Source: an uncultured Chloroflexia bacterium (lineage in GTDB: Bacteria > Chloroflexota > UBA6077 > JACCZL01). From it: a stretch of 64,000 nt of DNA. A model generated the notes under the pieces. That model had not been told where the DNA came from and did not search any database. It worked only from the letters and a program-made list of their open reading frames with translations. The translations under genes and the position numbers were made by a program. Every line of letters begins with the position of its first letter. Position 1 is the first letter of the stretch. The stretch covers positions 576,001 through 640,000 of the forward strand of contig CAVXYC010000020.1 in the NCBI GenBank assembly GCA_963765765.1, written 5' to 3'. Below, piece by piece: positions 10,924 through 21,266 of this stretch.

Positions 10924-12143
10924 ACCTCAAGATTGCCATTGTCGTACACGGTCGTTTCCACGCCTTCGATCTCGCACGCGGGCTTTTAGAGCGTGGGAAT
11001 GACGTCACGCTCCTCACTAACTACCCGAGGTGGGCCGCGGAGCAGTTCGGCATTCCGAAGAGACGCGTGCGGACCTTCTGGCCCCACGGCGTACTATCCC
11101 GCGCCGCCTGGAAACTCCAGGGGCTGGGCCTGGCCACGTATCCGGAGGCGCGGCTTCACCTGATGTTCGGCCGTTGGGCAGACCGGGAGCTCGCCCAGCA
11201 ACGGTGGGATGTGGTCCATACCTGGAGTGGCGTCTCGGAGGAGATCCATCACGATTTTTCAGAGCAGCCACCGCTCAAACTCATGATGCGCGGCTCCAGC
11301 CATATTCGGACGCAGGCGCGCCTCCTGGAGAATGAAGAGAAGCGGACTGGGATGCTCCAGGAGCGGCCGAGCGAGTGGATCATCGCGCGCGAGGAGCGCG
11401 AGTATCGACTGGCCGAGAGGATCGTGGTCCTCTCTAGCTTCGCCCTCGACAGCTTCGTTTCGCAAGGCGTACCGCGCGATAAACTCGCGGTCCTTCCGCT
11501 CGGCGCTTCCCTTGAAGCGTTCCGTCCGTCACCTGACGTGGCGGAAGCGCGGCGGCGTCGCATCATCGCGGGACAGCCGCTGCGCGTTCTTTACGTTGGT
11601 GCGCTGTCCTTCCGTAAGGGGCTCTGGGATCTGGCCGCCGTGATAGAGGCGCTCTCAGGCAAGGGATTCGAATTTCGTTGCGTCGGCCCATGCGCGCCCG
11701 AGGCGGGGCCACTGGTTGCTCGCCTCGGCGAACGGGCGACGTTCGTGCCGAAACTCCGACAGCGTGAGTTACCGTCCGAGTACGCGTGGGGCGATGTGTT
11801 CATCTTTCCCACTATCGAGGACGGCTATGCTGTGGTCCTGGCACAGGCGGCAGCGTCCGGACTTCCGATCCTGACAACCACCAATTGTGCGGGGCCGGAC
11901 TTGATCCACGAAGGAGTAACGGGCTGGGTGGTGCCGATCAGCAGCTCCCAAGCGCTCATAGATCGGTTGCGCTGGTGCGATTCGCATCCTGCAGCTCTTG
12001 CCGACATGGCTGACCGTGTGTACACGGAGTTTCAGCCGCGCGATTGGGACGACGTTGCGGCCGACTTCGAACGTCTCTGCCTGAGAAGCTTCGCTGAGAG
12101 ACAGGTCACGATCACCGCGGGGGCGAGCGCGGATGCAATCTGA
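10920..12143 (+). CDS. Glycosyltransferase family 4
   Basis: HGRFHAF, YVGALSFRKG, FPTIEDGYAVVLAQA motifs; ATGA overlap. Confidence 0.9.
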   Translation: MNLKIAIVVHGRFHAFDLARGLLERGNDVTLLTNYPRWAAEQFGIPKRRVRTFWPHGVLSRAAWKLQGLGLATYPEARLHLMFGRWADRELAQQRWDVVHTWSGVSEEIHHDFSEQPPLKLMMRGSSHIRTQARLLENEEKRTGMLQERPSEWIIAREEREYRLAERIVVLSSFALDSFVSQGVPRDKLAVLPLGASLEAFRPSPDVAEARRRRIIAGQPLRVLYVGALSFRKGLWDLAAVIEALSGKGFEFRCVGPCAPEAGPLVARLGERATFVPKLRQRELPSEYAWGDVFIFPTIEDGYAVVLAQAAASGLPILTTTNCAGPDLIHEGVTGWVVPISSSQALIDRLRWCDSHPAALADMADRVYTEFQPRDWDDVAADFERLCLRSFAERQVTITAGASADAI

Positions 12144-13542
12144 GTCCCATTTGGGCCTCTGGGTGGCACTCTGGTTGGCCACGGCCGCGACTATCTCACT
12201 CTGGCGTTGGCGGAAGCGGGCAGTCGGCACGGGATTGGTCCCGGCCTATCTCGTGAACTTCGCGATGCTTTATTGGTTAGCCGCCGCGATGTATCTCTTG
12301 CCCGCCTACGAGGACGCCAATCGCCAGCTGCTCGAGGCCGGATTCCAGCAGGCAACATACGCGATAGTCGCATTTGGCGTGGGGAGCCTGATCCTTGCAC
12401 CCTACGTCATCAGTCTCTTCCATCATCCCCAGTTCCGGATACTCAGTCAGACACCTGAGCTGCGCCTGCCCCGGGCGTACATCATGATCGGATTACTCAG
12501 CTACTTCATCGCCCAGCCGCTCCTGGGTCGCGTGCCTACGGTGTCCGCGGTTGTGGCCGCTGGCTGGAGCTTACTCATGACAGGGCTCTGCCTCGCCTGC
12601 TGGCGGAGCTGGCACGAGCGGCGGTCGAAGGACTTCGTCCTGTGGCTGATCGTCGCGCTTGGACTCCCGTTCCTCACAACCATCTCACAAGGTTTCCTCG
12701 GCATCGGGATCGGGGCGACGATCGTCGTCCTGACCTTCGTGGGTACGTTTTATCGGCCCTGGTGGCGGGTGCTTGCCGTGGGACTAATACTCGGATACGC
12801 AGGTCTATCTCTCTACGTCAGTTACGCGCGAGATCGAACGGCGATCCGGGAAGCTGTCTGGGGCGGCGGTGCGTTGTCCGATCGGCTCCAGCGCGTGTAC
12901 GACACGGTCAGTATGCTGGAACCGTTCGACCCGAACGAGCGCGCGCACTTCCAGCGGGTCGACGGTCGCCTCAACCAGAGTCTGCTCATCGGCTCGGCGA
13001 TCGATTACCTGGAGGTCAACGCGGTTCGGGACTTCGGCCGCGGTGAGACGCTGTGGCAAGCGCTCATCGCATTGGTGCCTCGAGCGATCTGGCCGGACAA
13101 GCCGGTGGTGGCGGGCAGCATGACAGTGGTCAGCGACTACACCGGCAGGCAATTCGATCGGAACACCAGTGTTGGCGTTGGCCACGTGATGGAGTTCTAC
13201 ATTAATTTCGGAACCCTGGGCGTCGTCCTGGGCTTCCTTGTGCTGGGCGTAGCCGTCACGGCGTTGGATCGAGCTGCCGGCGTGCGACTCAGGCGAGGTG
13301 ACTGGAAGGGATTTGCACTCTGGTTTCTGCCAGGGCTGAGCCTGCTGCAGGTGGGTGGATCGCTTGTGGAGCTGACTTCGAGCGCCGGGGCGGCGGTGAT
13401 TGCGGCGCTTCTGGTTAACCGCCTTCTACTGGGCGAGCCCGCGGAGCGCTTCTCCGCCCGTGGGGGTCCTGGCCAGGAGCTTTCCCCAATGCCACGCCAG
13501 TCGGATGCGCTCATGCCACGTGGGCCGGGTGGAGGTGGCTAG
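12133..13542 (+). CDS. Polytopic membrane protein, probable Wzy polysaccharide polymerase
   Basis: About 10-11 hydrophobic segments, large loop with LVPRAIWPDKP and EFYINFG typical of Wzy-like proteins; inside GT operon. Confidence 0.7.
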   Translation: MQSESHLGLWVALWLATAATISLWRWRKRAVGTGLVPAYLVNFAMLYWLAAAMYLLPAYEDANRQLLEAGFQQATYAIVAFGVGSLILAPYVISLFHHPQFRILSQTPELRLPRAYIMIGLLSYFIAQPLLGRVPTVSAVVAAGWSLLMTGLCLACWRSWHERRSKDFVLWLIVALGLPFLTTISQGFLGIGIGATIVVLTFVGTFYRPWWRVLAVGLILGYAGLSLYVSYARDRTAIREAVWGGGALSDRLQRVYDTVSMLEPFDPNERAHFQRVDGRLNQSLLIGSAIDYLEVNAVRDFGRGETLWQALIALVPRAIWPDKPVVAGSMTVVSDYTGRQFDRNTSVGVGHVMEFYINFGTLGVVLGFLVLGVAVTALDRAAGVRLRRGDWKGFALWFLPGLSLLQVGGSLVELTSSAGAAVIAALLVNRLLLGEPAERFSARGGPGQELSPMPRQSDALMPRGPGGGG

Positions 13543-14701
13543 GGTGGCACGCGGCCTGCTGGTGTTGTTCCCGTCCCTTCAGCCGATCGGTGGCGTTCAG
13601 GCAAGCGGGCGATTGGCCTGGGAATGTATATCCGGCCGGCCGCTTGGAGAGCCACGCAGGAGCGATGACCCCGCGCCATTACTCCGTAACGGCAGTCAGC
13701 CGATGGGGGTCAGGAATTCGAAATGTGGAGTCCGAGAGTGGCCCCCTCATAATCCGCGGTCCACAGCCCGATTCCACGCGACCTCGAAGCCTGGCGCGAT
13801 TCTGACGGCCTGTCGTCGTCGCTGGCCGGTGGACACAGTGCTGGTCTGGCACGTGGGTCTGCTGAAATTGCTTCCGTTCTTCCGCTTATCGGGGGCGCGA
13901 CTGGTCCTTTTCCTGCACGGTGTGGAGGCCTGGCGTCGTCACGACTGGCTGACTCGCATGCTGCTGCGTAACGTCGATCTCTTTCTCACAAATAGCGACT
14001 TTACCTGGCAGCGATTCGCCGGGCTCAATCCGGATTGCGGCAGCATGACCCAGCAGACGGTCCATCTCGGAATCGGCTCGCCGCTAGGAGCGGCTCCTCC
14101 CCGGCCGGTCGATCCGCCGGCGGCCCTTGTGTTGGGCCGACTGGTCAGGGGCGAGGGCTACAAGGGCCACCGTGAGCTGATTGACGCCTGGCCCCTCGTT
14201 TTGAAGCAAATACCCGACGCAGAGCTGTGGATCGCGGGCGACGGTGACCTGCGCCCGGACCTGCAGTGGCGGGCCAGGGAGCACGGGCTCGCGCATAACG
14301 TCAAATTCTTCGGCCGGGTCTCCGAGCATCACAAGCAGGACCTCCTAGCCCGCTCCCGCTGCCTGGCAATGCCTAGTCAGGCGGAAGGCTTCGGACTGGC
14401 CTACGTGGAGGCAATGCGCCTGGGGCGGCCGTGCCTGGTGAGCACGCTAGACGCCGGGCGCGAGGTCGTAAATCCACCAGAGGCCGGGCTGGCCGTGTAC
14501 CCGCGAAGCCGCGAGGAGCTCGCCAGGGCCCTGCCTCATTTGCTCACCGCTGGCTCGGAGTGGGATGCCTGGTCCGAGCAGGCACGCGCGCGTTTCGAGG
14601 CTCACTTCACTGCCCGCCATTTCCAGGAGCGCCTGCTCGAAACTCTAGCCCCGACCTATCCGCAGGATCGTACTTCAGCAGTTCTCGAAGTAGCCATCTA
14701 A
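13535..14701 (+). CDS. Glycosyltransferase family 4
   Basis: IGGVQ, FLHGVEAW, GYKGH, PSQAEGFGLAYVEAM motifs; GTG start overlapping upstream stop. Confidence 0.85.
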   Translation: MARVARGLLVLFPSLQPIGGVQASGRLAWECISGRPLGEPRRSDDPAPLLRNGSQPMGVRNSKCGVREWPPHNPRSTARFHATSKPGAILTACRRRWPVDTVLVWHVGLLKLLPFFRLSGARLVLFLHGVEAWRRHDWLTRMLLRNVDLFLTNSDFTWQRFAGLNPDCGSMTQQTVHLGIGSPLGAAPPRPVDPPAALVLGRLVRGEGYKGHRELIDAWPLVLKQIPDAELWIAGDGDLRPDLQWRAREHGLAHNVKFFGRVSEHHKQDLLARSRCLAMPSQAEGFGLAYVEAMRLGRPCLVSTLDAGREVVNPPEAGLAVYPRSREELARALPHLLTAGSEWDAWSEQARARFEAHFTARHFQERLLETLAPTYPQDRTSAVLEVAI

Positions 14702-14702
14702 G

Positions 14703-16662
14703 GTGTGCGGAATCGCAGGCATTCTTCACACGTCTGGCAGTGCTGATGCCGGCCTACCGTTGATCGGGGGTGGAGTCATCTCCCTCGGCGAGGTTGCCCA
14801 GCGAATGGTCGCCTGTCTCCAACATCGCGGCCCGGACGGGAGCGGCGTCGCCAGAGTTGGATTGATCCGGAGCGATGGCGAGCCGTGTGCCATCCTGGCG
14901 CACGCACGCCTTGCCATTCTCGACCTGACTCCCGCGGGCCGGCAGCCGATGGCGGGCGACGATGGAGCGTTGTGGATAACCTACAACGGCGAGACCTACA
15001 ACCAATTCGAGCTGCGTGAGAAGCTAAGTGTCCTGGGAGAGCCCTGGCGGTCGCGAACGGACACCGAGGTAATCCTTCGAGCCTACCGCCACTGGGGACT
15101 GAGCTGCCTGGGCCACTTGCGGGGCATGTTCGCTTTCGCGATCTGGGACGAACGGCGCCGGGCGCTAATCCTGGCCCGCGATCGGCTGGGCATCAAGCCG
15201 CTGTATTGCTACACCGGGAATGGTTTCTTCTTGTTTGCCTCCGAGGTTCGAGCGCTCCTTGCCAGCGGTCTTGTGCCGCGGCGTCTCGATCCGACTGGCC
15301 TCTCGCAGTACCTAGCTTACCAATCGGTCCCCGCGCCGCGAACGCTCGTGGATGGTGTCCGAGCGCTTCTGCCCGGGCTCCTGGCTGAAAGTGGACGTCG
15401 ACGGCAGCGAGAGCCAGGGCCGCTACTGGGATCTGCTCGCGAACGTCTCGCCGGAGGCTGAGCTGGCTGGTGAAGTCCAGAGCCGCCGCCGAGTGGCGGA
15501 ACTGCTGCGAGAGTCAGTCCGCCCTCCATCTCATGAGCGACGTTCCGGTCGGCGCGTTCCTGTCAGGCGGTATCGATTCCAGTGCCGTCGTGGCTTTGAT
15601 GCGGGACGCAGGCGCAGTCCCCCGCACATTCACGGTGGGCTTCGCCGAGCGCGGATTCGACGAGACCGTCTATGCCCGCCAGGTTGCCCAACGATTCGGC
15701 ACGGATCACACCGAGGTTCTGCTGGGTAATAATGACCTTCTCGAGCAGGTCCGGCGGCGCTGGCAGCCATGGATCAGCCGACCGGCGACGGCGTGAACAC
15801 GTACATCGTATCCCGCGCTGTCCATGATGCGGGTATCACGGTTGCGCTCTCCGGGCTGGGCGGTGACGAGATCTTCGGTGGTTACCCGTCGTTCGCGCGC
15901 CTCGGGCGCTTGGCGCGCCTGTCCGGTGCCTGGGGTCAGGTACCAGCACCCCTGCGCGAGATGGTGGCCGGAGGCGTTCGTGCCCTGGGTCGGCACTCCG
16001 TTGCAGCGAACAGAGCTGCTGATATGCTGGAGACGGACGGGAGCCTGGCGGCCCTGTACCCGCCGCAGCGGGAAGTCCTCAGCCGCGGACAGCGGCGGGC
16101 GCTGCTCAAGCCGTCATGGGTCGAAGCCCTGGGCGCTGACCAAGATCCCTACGTTGAGCTTCTTCGGAATGCGTTCCACAGCCGGCCACCAGCCGACGTT
16201 CAGGCCGCGGTGTCATACGCCGAAACGCGCACGTACATGCATGACGTACTGCTACGGGACACCGACCAGATGAGCATGGCACATTCCCTCGAGACGCGCG
16301 TACCGCTGCTGGACCATGTGCTGACCGAATACGTTGTCGGGCTCCCCGGTCGTTGGAAACGGTCGAACGGCACCCCAAAGCGCCTGTTAGTCGAGAGCCT
16401 GGACGGCCTGCTCCCCGACGAAATAGTGCATCGGCCTAAACAGGGTTTCACGCTACCCTTCGACCCCTGGATGCGCGGCCCACTACGCGAGTTCTGTGAG
16501 GCGCGGCTCGGGCCGGAGCGGCTTGGAGAACGAGGTATCTTCCAGCCCGAGCCGCTTGGCTCGCTGTGGAACGACTTTCTGGCCGATCGCCCGGGTCCCA
16601 CCTGGTCCCGCCTCTGGCTGCTGGTCGCGCTCGAGGAATGGCTGGCCAACAATGGCTTCTGA
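14703..16662 (+). CDS. asnB: Asparagine synthase (glutamine-hydrolysing) family amidotransferase, polysaccharide-associated; about 3 frameshifts (~15375, ~15522, ~15750)
   Basis: MCGIAG N-terminal nucleophile Cys, HRGPD, RLAILD, YNGE, RDRLGIKPLY, LSGGIDSS, SGLGGDE, SMAHSLETRVP, RPKQGF across ORFs 14703, 15352, 15470, 15769. Confidence 0.9.
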
Positions 16663-16677
16663 AGGACATCCCCCCGG

Positions 16678-17849
16678 GTGAACGTCCTTCACGTCATCCC
16701 CGCTGTGGCACATCGTTACGGCGGACCGAGCCAGGCCGTTCTGGGAATGTGCAGCGCGCTGCTTGCCCGAGATGTCAGCGTGCTGATTGTGACGACAGAC
16801 GCCGACGGTAAGGAACGCCTCCCGGTGGTTCTGGGACGACCCGTATCACACCAGGGTGTGCCAGCCATCTTCTTCCACCGCCAGTGCAACGAGGCGTTCA
16901 AGTATTCGTGGCCGATGGCTCACTGGATGGACGCTCACGTGGCTGAGTTCGACGTCGTCCACATCCACGCCGTCTTCTCGCACGCCAGCCTGGCAGCAGC
17001 CGCTGCCTCCCGGCGACACGGTGTGAAATACGTCGTCCGTCCCCTTGGCTCGCTCGACCCCTGGAGCATGCGCCAGAAGCGGCTGCAGAAGCGCTTGCTC
17101 TGGCACCTCGGGGTTAACCGGATGCTCATCGAAGCGGCGGCGATCCATTACACCACCGCAGAGGAGCAGCGTCTAGCAGAGACGTCGCTCGGCCTCGGCC
17201 GGGGAGTCGTCATACCCCTGGGTGTCAGTGAGGAGCTGTTGGCCTGCTCGGCATCTGTCGAGCCCGTTACAAAGCGTTGTGCGCAACTGGACGGTTGTCC
17301 CTACGTGCTCGTGCTGGGTCGGTTGCACCCGAAGAAAGGGCTCGAGCTTCTCCTGCGGGCCTTCGGAGAGCTCTCGGCGAGCGCCGAGTTTCGGGACTGG
17401 CGCCTTCTCGTGGCCGGTGATGGCGAGAAAGACTACGTCGCTTCGCTTAAACGGCAGGCGAGGAATCGTGGCGGGTGTGAACGAGTCGTATTTGCCGGCT
17501 GGGTTTCAGGAAAGGAAAAGACCAGCGCACTGCGCGGAGCGGCCCTGGTGATCATGCCGTCGCGACAGGAGAATTTTGGCCTGACAGCAGTTGAGGCTAT
17601 GGCCTGTGGAGTGCCAGTTCTGGTTAGCCCCCACGTGAACCTGGCGGAGGAGATTCGAGGTCCGGGGCTGGATGGGTAGTGCCGCTGGAGGCATCCGGTC
17701 TGGCGAGGGTCCTGGCAGACGTGCTACGTGACCAGCACGAGCGGCTTCGCCGTGGTGCGGCTGGCCGCGCCCTTGTCGCGGCGCGATTCACTTGGCCGGC
17801 TGTGGCCTCTCGGCTCGCGGAACTTTACACGTCAATCCGAAATGAGTGA
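16678..17849 (+). CDS. Glycosyltransferase family 4; frameshift near 17660
   Basis: YGGPS, LGRLHPKKG, PSRQENFGLTAVEAMACG; alternate frame continues GWVVPLE..RFTWPAVA..LY to TGA 17847-17849. Confidence 0.85.
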
Positions 17850-18754
17850 TTCTGCGCCCCCGGTGAATAGCCCGGCCTCGACTTGCGGTCATCATACTGA
17901 CGCTCAACGAGGAGCTCAACCTGCCGGCATGTCTCGCGAGCCTCGATGGTCTCGGATGTGATCTGCTCGTGATCGACTCTGGTAGCACCGACGGTACAAC
18001 TGAGATTGCCCATGCCCACGGAGCCCGCGTCCTCACCCACCCGTTCGAGAGTCACGCTCGTCAGTGGAAGTGGGCTCTGGAGCATCTGCCCGCTCCATCG
18101 TCCTGGGTGCTCGGCCTAGACGCCGACCAGTGGCTGACCCCTGAGCTGGTATCAGAGATTTCCAGCCTTTTCAAGGGAACTCAGGTCCGTCTGGAGCAGG
18201 TTGACGGCTTCTATATCAAGCGAAGGCAGATCTTTCGTGGTCAGTGGATCCAGCACGGCGGCTACTACCCGAAGTACCTGCTCAAGCTCTTCCGCCGTGC
18301 CAGTGTCCAGATCGACGAGCTCGACCTGATGGACCATCACTTTTACGTCGCGGGACCCACGGCCAAGTTGCATTTCGATCTTGTCGAAGACAACAAGAAG
18401 GAGAGCGACCTGGCCTTCTGGATCGAGAAGCACAACCGCTACGCGCTACTGCACGCCCGTGAAGAGCTGCTACGTCGGCGTGATAGCTCGAGCTGGAAGA
18501 TCGAGGCGAAGCTGTTCGGGAGCCCCGATCAGCGAGTCGTCTGGCTCAAACAGCGCTGGTATGCTATGCCGCTCTACGTTCGTCCGGCAATGTACTTCCT
18601 GTATCGCTATTTCTTGCAGCGCGGCTTCCTCGATGGCCGCCAGGGCTTCCTATTCCACTTCATGCAAGCCTTCTGGTATCGGGTGCTCGTCGACGCGCAC
18701 TTGCATGACCTGCTCTCAGCACCCAAGGAGAGCGCCGAATCCAATTCGGACTGA
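17842..18754 (+). CDS. Glycosyltransferase family 2 (beta-glucosyltransferase-like); frameshift near 17870
   Basis: LAVIILTLNEELNL..IDSGSTDGT, LDADQ, GFLDGRQG motifs; ATG overlaps upstream gene end. Confidence 0.85.
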
Positions 18755-18857
18755 GCACGGAAATAAGCGGGGAAGTAGGGTACGGGACTTTGGGGATGTT
18801 CGGCTGCAAGGTCTCCGGTCCTGCATTGCTAGTCCGCAATCAACGGTCAAGGGCCGC

Positions 18858-18887
18858 GCCAATGGCATACCCGCCAATGGCATACCC
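18858..18887. repeat. 15-bp tandem duplication (GCCAATGGCATACCC x2) between convergent genes
   Basis: Read directly from the sequence. Confidence 0.85.
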
Positions 18888-19056
18888 AATGTGTCGGCTT
18901 TGCGAAGATGCTACGGTTTTGGCAGGGACGCTACACGACAAGATGGCATTGCGACTGGCTTTCGCAGGGCCGACTGCGACAAATCACGAACTCATTCAGG
19001 GCGGTTGGTCTCGTGCGTCTTCGTTGAAGCGGTCTATCCGCTCCAGCGATAGCAAA

Positions 19057-21204
19057 TCAGGCCGGTCCGCTGGATCGTCTGGCTAACTCACGCGCATAAG
19101 CTGCGCCGGTCGAATCGGAGAGCCTCTCGAGGACATCGGCTGCTCGTGCAAAGAGCACGGAGTTATCTCGCGCGTATCCGGTAGGCATGGCATCGAGGGA
19201 GAGTAGCGGAGTTGATCGATCCAGCAATCGGCCAGCTAGGACATCTCCCAACGTACCAAGCTTTCTTAGGCTAATGGCCTTAGCCAGCATCGCCGCCGCC
19301 TCGCCTGGCCGGCCCGACCGGAGATGCACATCGGCAGCGGCGAGGTATATGCGTGAATCATCTGGCGCTACGACCTGTGCCCGTTCGAAGAGCTCGGTGG
19401 CAACCGTTACTGGCGCAGCGCGGACTCTCCGAACGAGCACATCGACTACCCGCGCTTCGCCCCAGTGCTCAACTGCATCGTTCGGCTCGCTCCGGATGAT
19501 CTGCGCTTCGGATTTCAGCTCGACAAGTGACGGGTCCCAGGGCCCGAGTCGAATCGCTTCCTCGAGCGCGAGAAGCTCTGCGTCGGTGTCCCGCCAGGAC
19601 CGCGCAACGAGAGCTTCCGCCGCCCACACTCGTCCGTGATATGGGCCCCAGGCAATCTGTCTCGCCAGGTCGAGACCGGCGTGGAGTGCGGAGCGGTCGA
19701 CCACGGTCGCCAGCTCCGGCCGATGCAGCACCACTAGCGCTCCATTCAACAGCGCTGACGCTCCGAGCAACGGTAAGCATAAAACCAATCCTATCCTCAC
19801 CAGAGTTCGCCGAGTTCCTCGCCCCCGCCCGTGGGCTCTCGCACTGTGCCACCGCTCCCCAAGTGCTACCAGTACGCCCAACACTGCCCATAACGCTACG
19901 CCGGGCTTTGCTCCTAGCGCCACCGCATCGGCCAGGCCGTAAATTCCGTGAGCAAGAAGTCCAAGCAGCAACCCTGCCGCGAGAAATCGGTGAGTCGGTA
20001 GGGCGCTCGGTCTCGGGTCGCCAATCGTCGGCACCATCACCGCCATCAGGCCACCACGAACCGCCAGCGCAACGATTATCACGAACGCTCCCAGGCCCGG
20101 CAGGCCAAGGTCGAGCGCCGACTGCAAGAGGAAGTTATGAGTATGGGGAACCACTGAGGTCGGGTCGAAGTATTCAGGAGAGACCGCGCCGGGATAAAAG
20201 TTCAACACAACGATCGGAAAGTTGTTCAAGCCGACCCCAGTGAATGGCATATCGAGGATCATGGCCAGAGCACGCTGCCACAACTCGATACGACCGACTG
20301 AGGACGACAATCGGGCGTTCCAATCAACGCTGTGGACGAGCTCACGAAGCCGGTCTTGCCCAGCTACCACCAGGGCGCCGATGCAGCCGGCCGCCAAGGC
20401 TGCCAGGAGCGCCCGCCCCCACCTGCCGCGGCGCCAGGCGGCCCAGCAAGCCCCAACCAGCAGCGCCACCGCCACACCGCCGATACTCGCCCGTGACTGA
20501 GTCAGAATCAGCGCCCCGAGGAGGAGCACGGCGCTACCGAGCGCCAGCCGCCGGGTGGAGCCTCGCTCAAACGCCAAAGCCACCGCGAGCGGTGCGAATA
20601 ATGCAATAGTCCCGCCGACCTGGTTTGCGTTGATACCCCAGACTGCGATTGTAGAAGTCTGGACCCGGCGGTCGAAATCAGGGAGCAGCGAGTACACGTC
20701 TCTGCCAAACAGCTTGCTGCCGGGCTCGGCCATGTATAGGACGCCGCCGATAGCAATCACTGCCCCGAACCCGAGTAGAATCAGTCCCGCTCGGCGTAGC
20801 GTCTCGTCCGAGCGGCACGTATTGAGGCAGGCATAGAAAACGGCCAGACCCAACACGACGCCAAAGAATTTGGGCGAGCTGTAATCCAACCGTACGGACG
20901 GCGTCAGTGAGATCAGAAGTGCAAGGACCAGAATTATCGACGGCCCGTGTGCACGAGAAGGGACGCTCCAGCTGCCTGTTACTGCTCGTCGGATACCCCA
21001 CGCCGCGGCGACGAACACGAGCCCAATCGGGGTATACCACCCGGGAACAAGAAGCGTCGGCGCGGCCATCCCCAGCAGAAGCCACTCGACGGCAGCGAGC
21101 CTCTGAGTCGTAATCTCGATGCGGGCGCCGCTCAATCTCAGTCGCCTGGCTCGGGAGGGTTGTTGGATCCGCTCGACGACCGCCGTGCGACGCTCTGGGG
21201 TCAT
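19057..21204 (-). CDS. O-antigen ligase (Wzy_C) family membrane protein with C-terminal TPR-like domain
   Basis: NANQVGG, LTQSRAS, RIELWQRA..PFTGVGLNNF, HTHNFLLQ..DLGLPG motifs; helical-repeat C-terminus. Confidence 0.85.
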   Translation of the reverse strand: MTPERRTAVVERIQQPSRARRLRLSGARIEITTQRLAAVEWLLLGMAAPTLLVPGWYTPIGLVFVAAAWGIRRAVTGSWSVPSRAHGPSIILVLALLISLTPSVRLDYSSPKFFGVVLGLAVFYACLNTCRSDETLRRAGLILLGFGAVIAIGGVLYMAEPGSKLFGRDVYSLLPDFDRRVQTSTIAVWGINANQVGGTIALFAPLAVALAFERGSTRRLALGSAVLLLGALILTQSRASIGGVAVALLVGACWAAWRRGRWGRALLAALAAGCIGALVVAGQDRLRELVHSVDWNARLSSSVGRIELWQRALAMILDMPFTGVGLNNFPIVVLNFYPGAVSPEYFDPTSVVPHTHNFLLQSALDLGLPGLGAFVIIVALAVRGGLMAVMVPTIGDPRPSALPTHRFLAAGLLLGLLAHGIYGLADAVALGAKPGVALWAVLGVLVALGERWHSARAHGRGRGTRRTLVRIGLVLCLPLLGASALLNGALVVLHRPELATVVDRSALHAGLDLARQIAWGPYHGRVWAAEALVARSWRDTDAELLALEEAIRLGPWDPSLVELKSEAQIIRSEPNDAVEHWGEARVVDVLVRRVRAAPVTVATELFERAQVVAPDDSRIYLAAADVHLRSGRPGEAAAMLAKAISLRKLGTLGDVLAGRLLDRSTPLLSLDAMPTGYARDNSVLFARAADVLERLSDSTGAAYARELARRSSGPA

Positions 21205-21266
21205 TCAGGAGCCTGTGCTGACCGGACTAGCCTGTCCCACGCGGTTGAGCGGCCGACGGACGGGCC

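Noticed and set aside
14703-16662. asnB as a lasso-peptide cyclase partnering the PqqD/kinase/NTase genes
   Set aside because: It has an intact Cys2 glutaminase domain (MCGIAG) and sits inside the GT operon. No transglutaminase-like B2 peptidase or short lasso precursor is visible.
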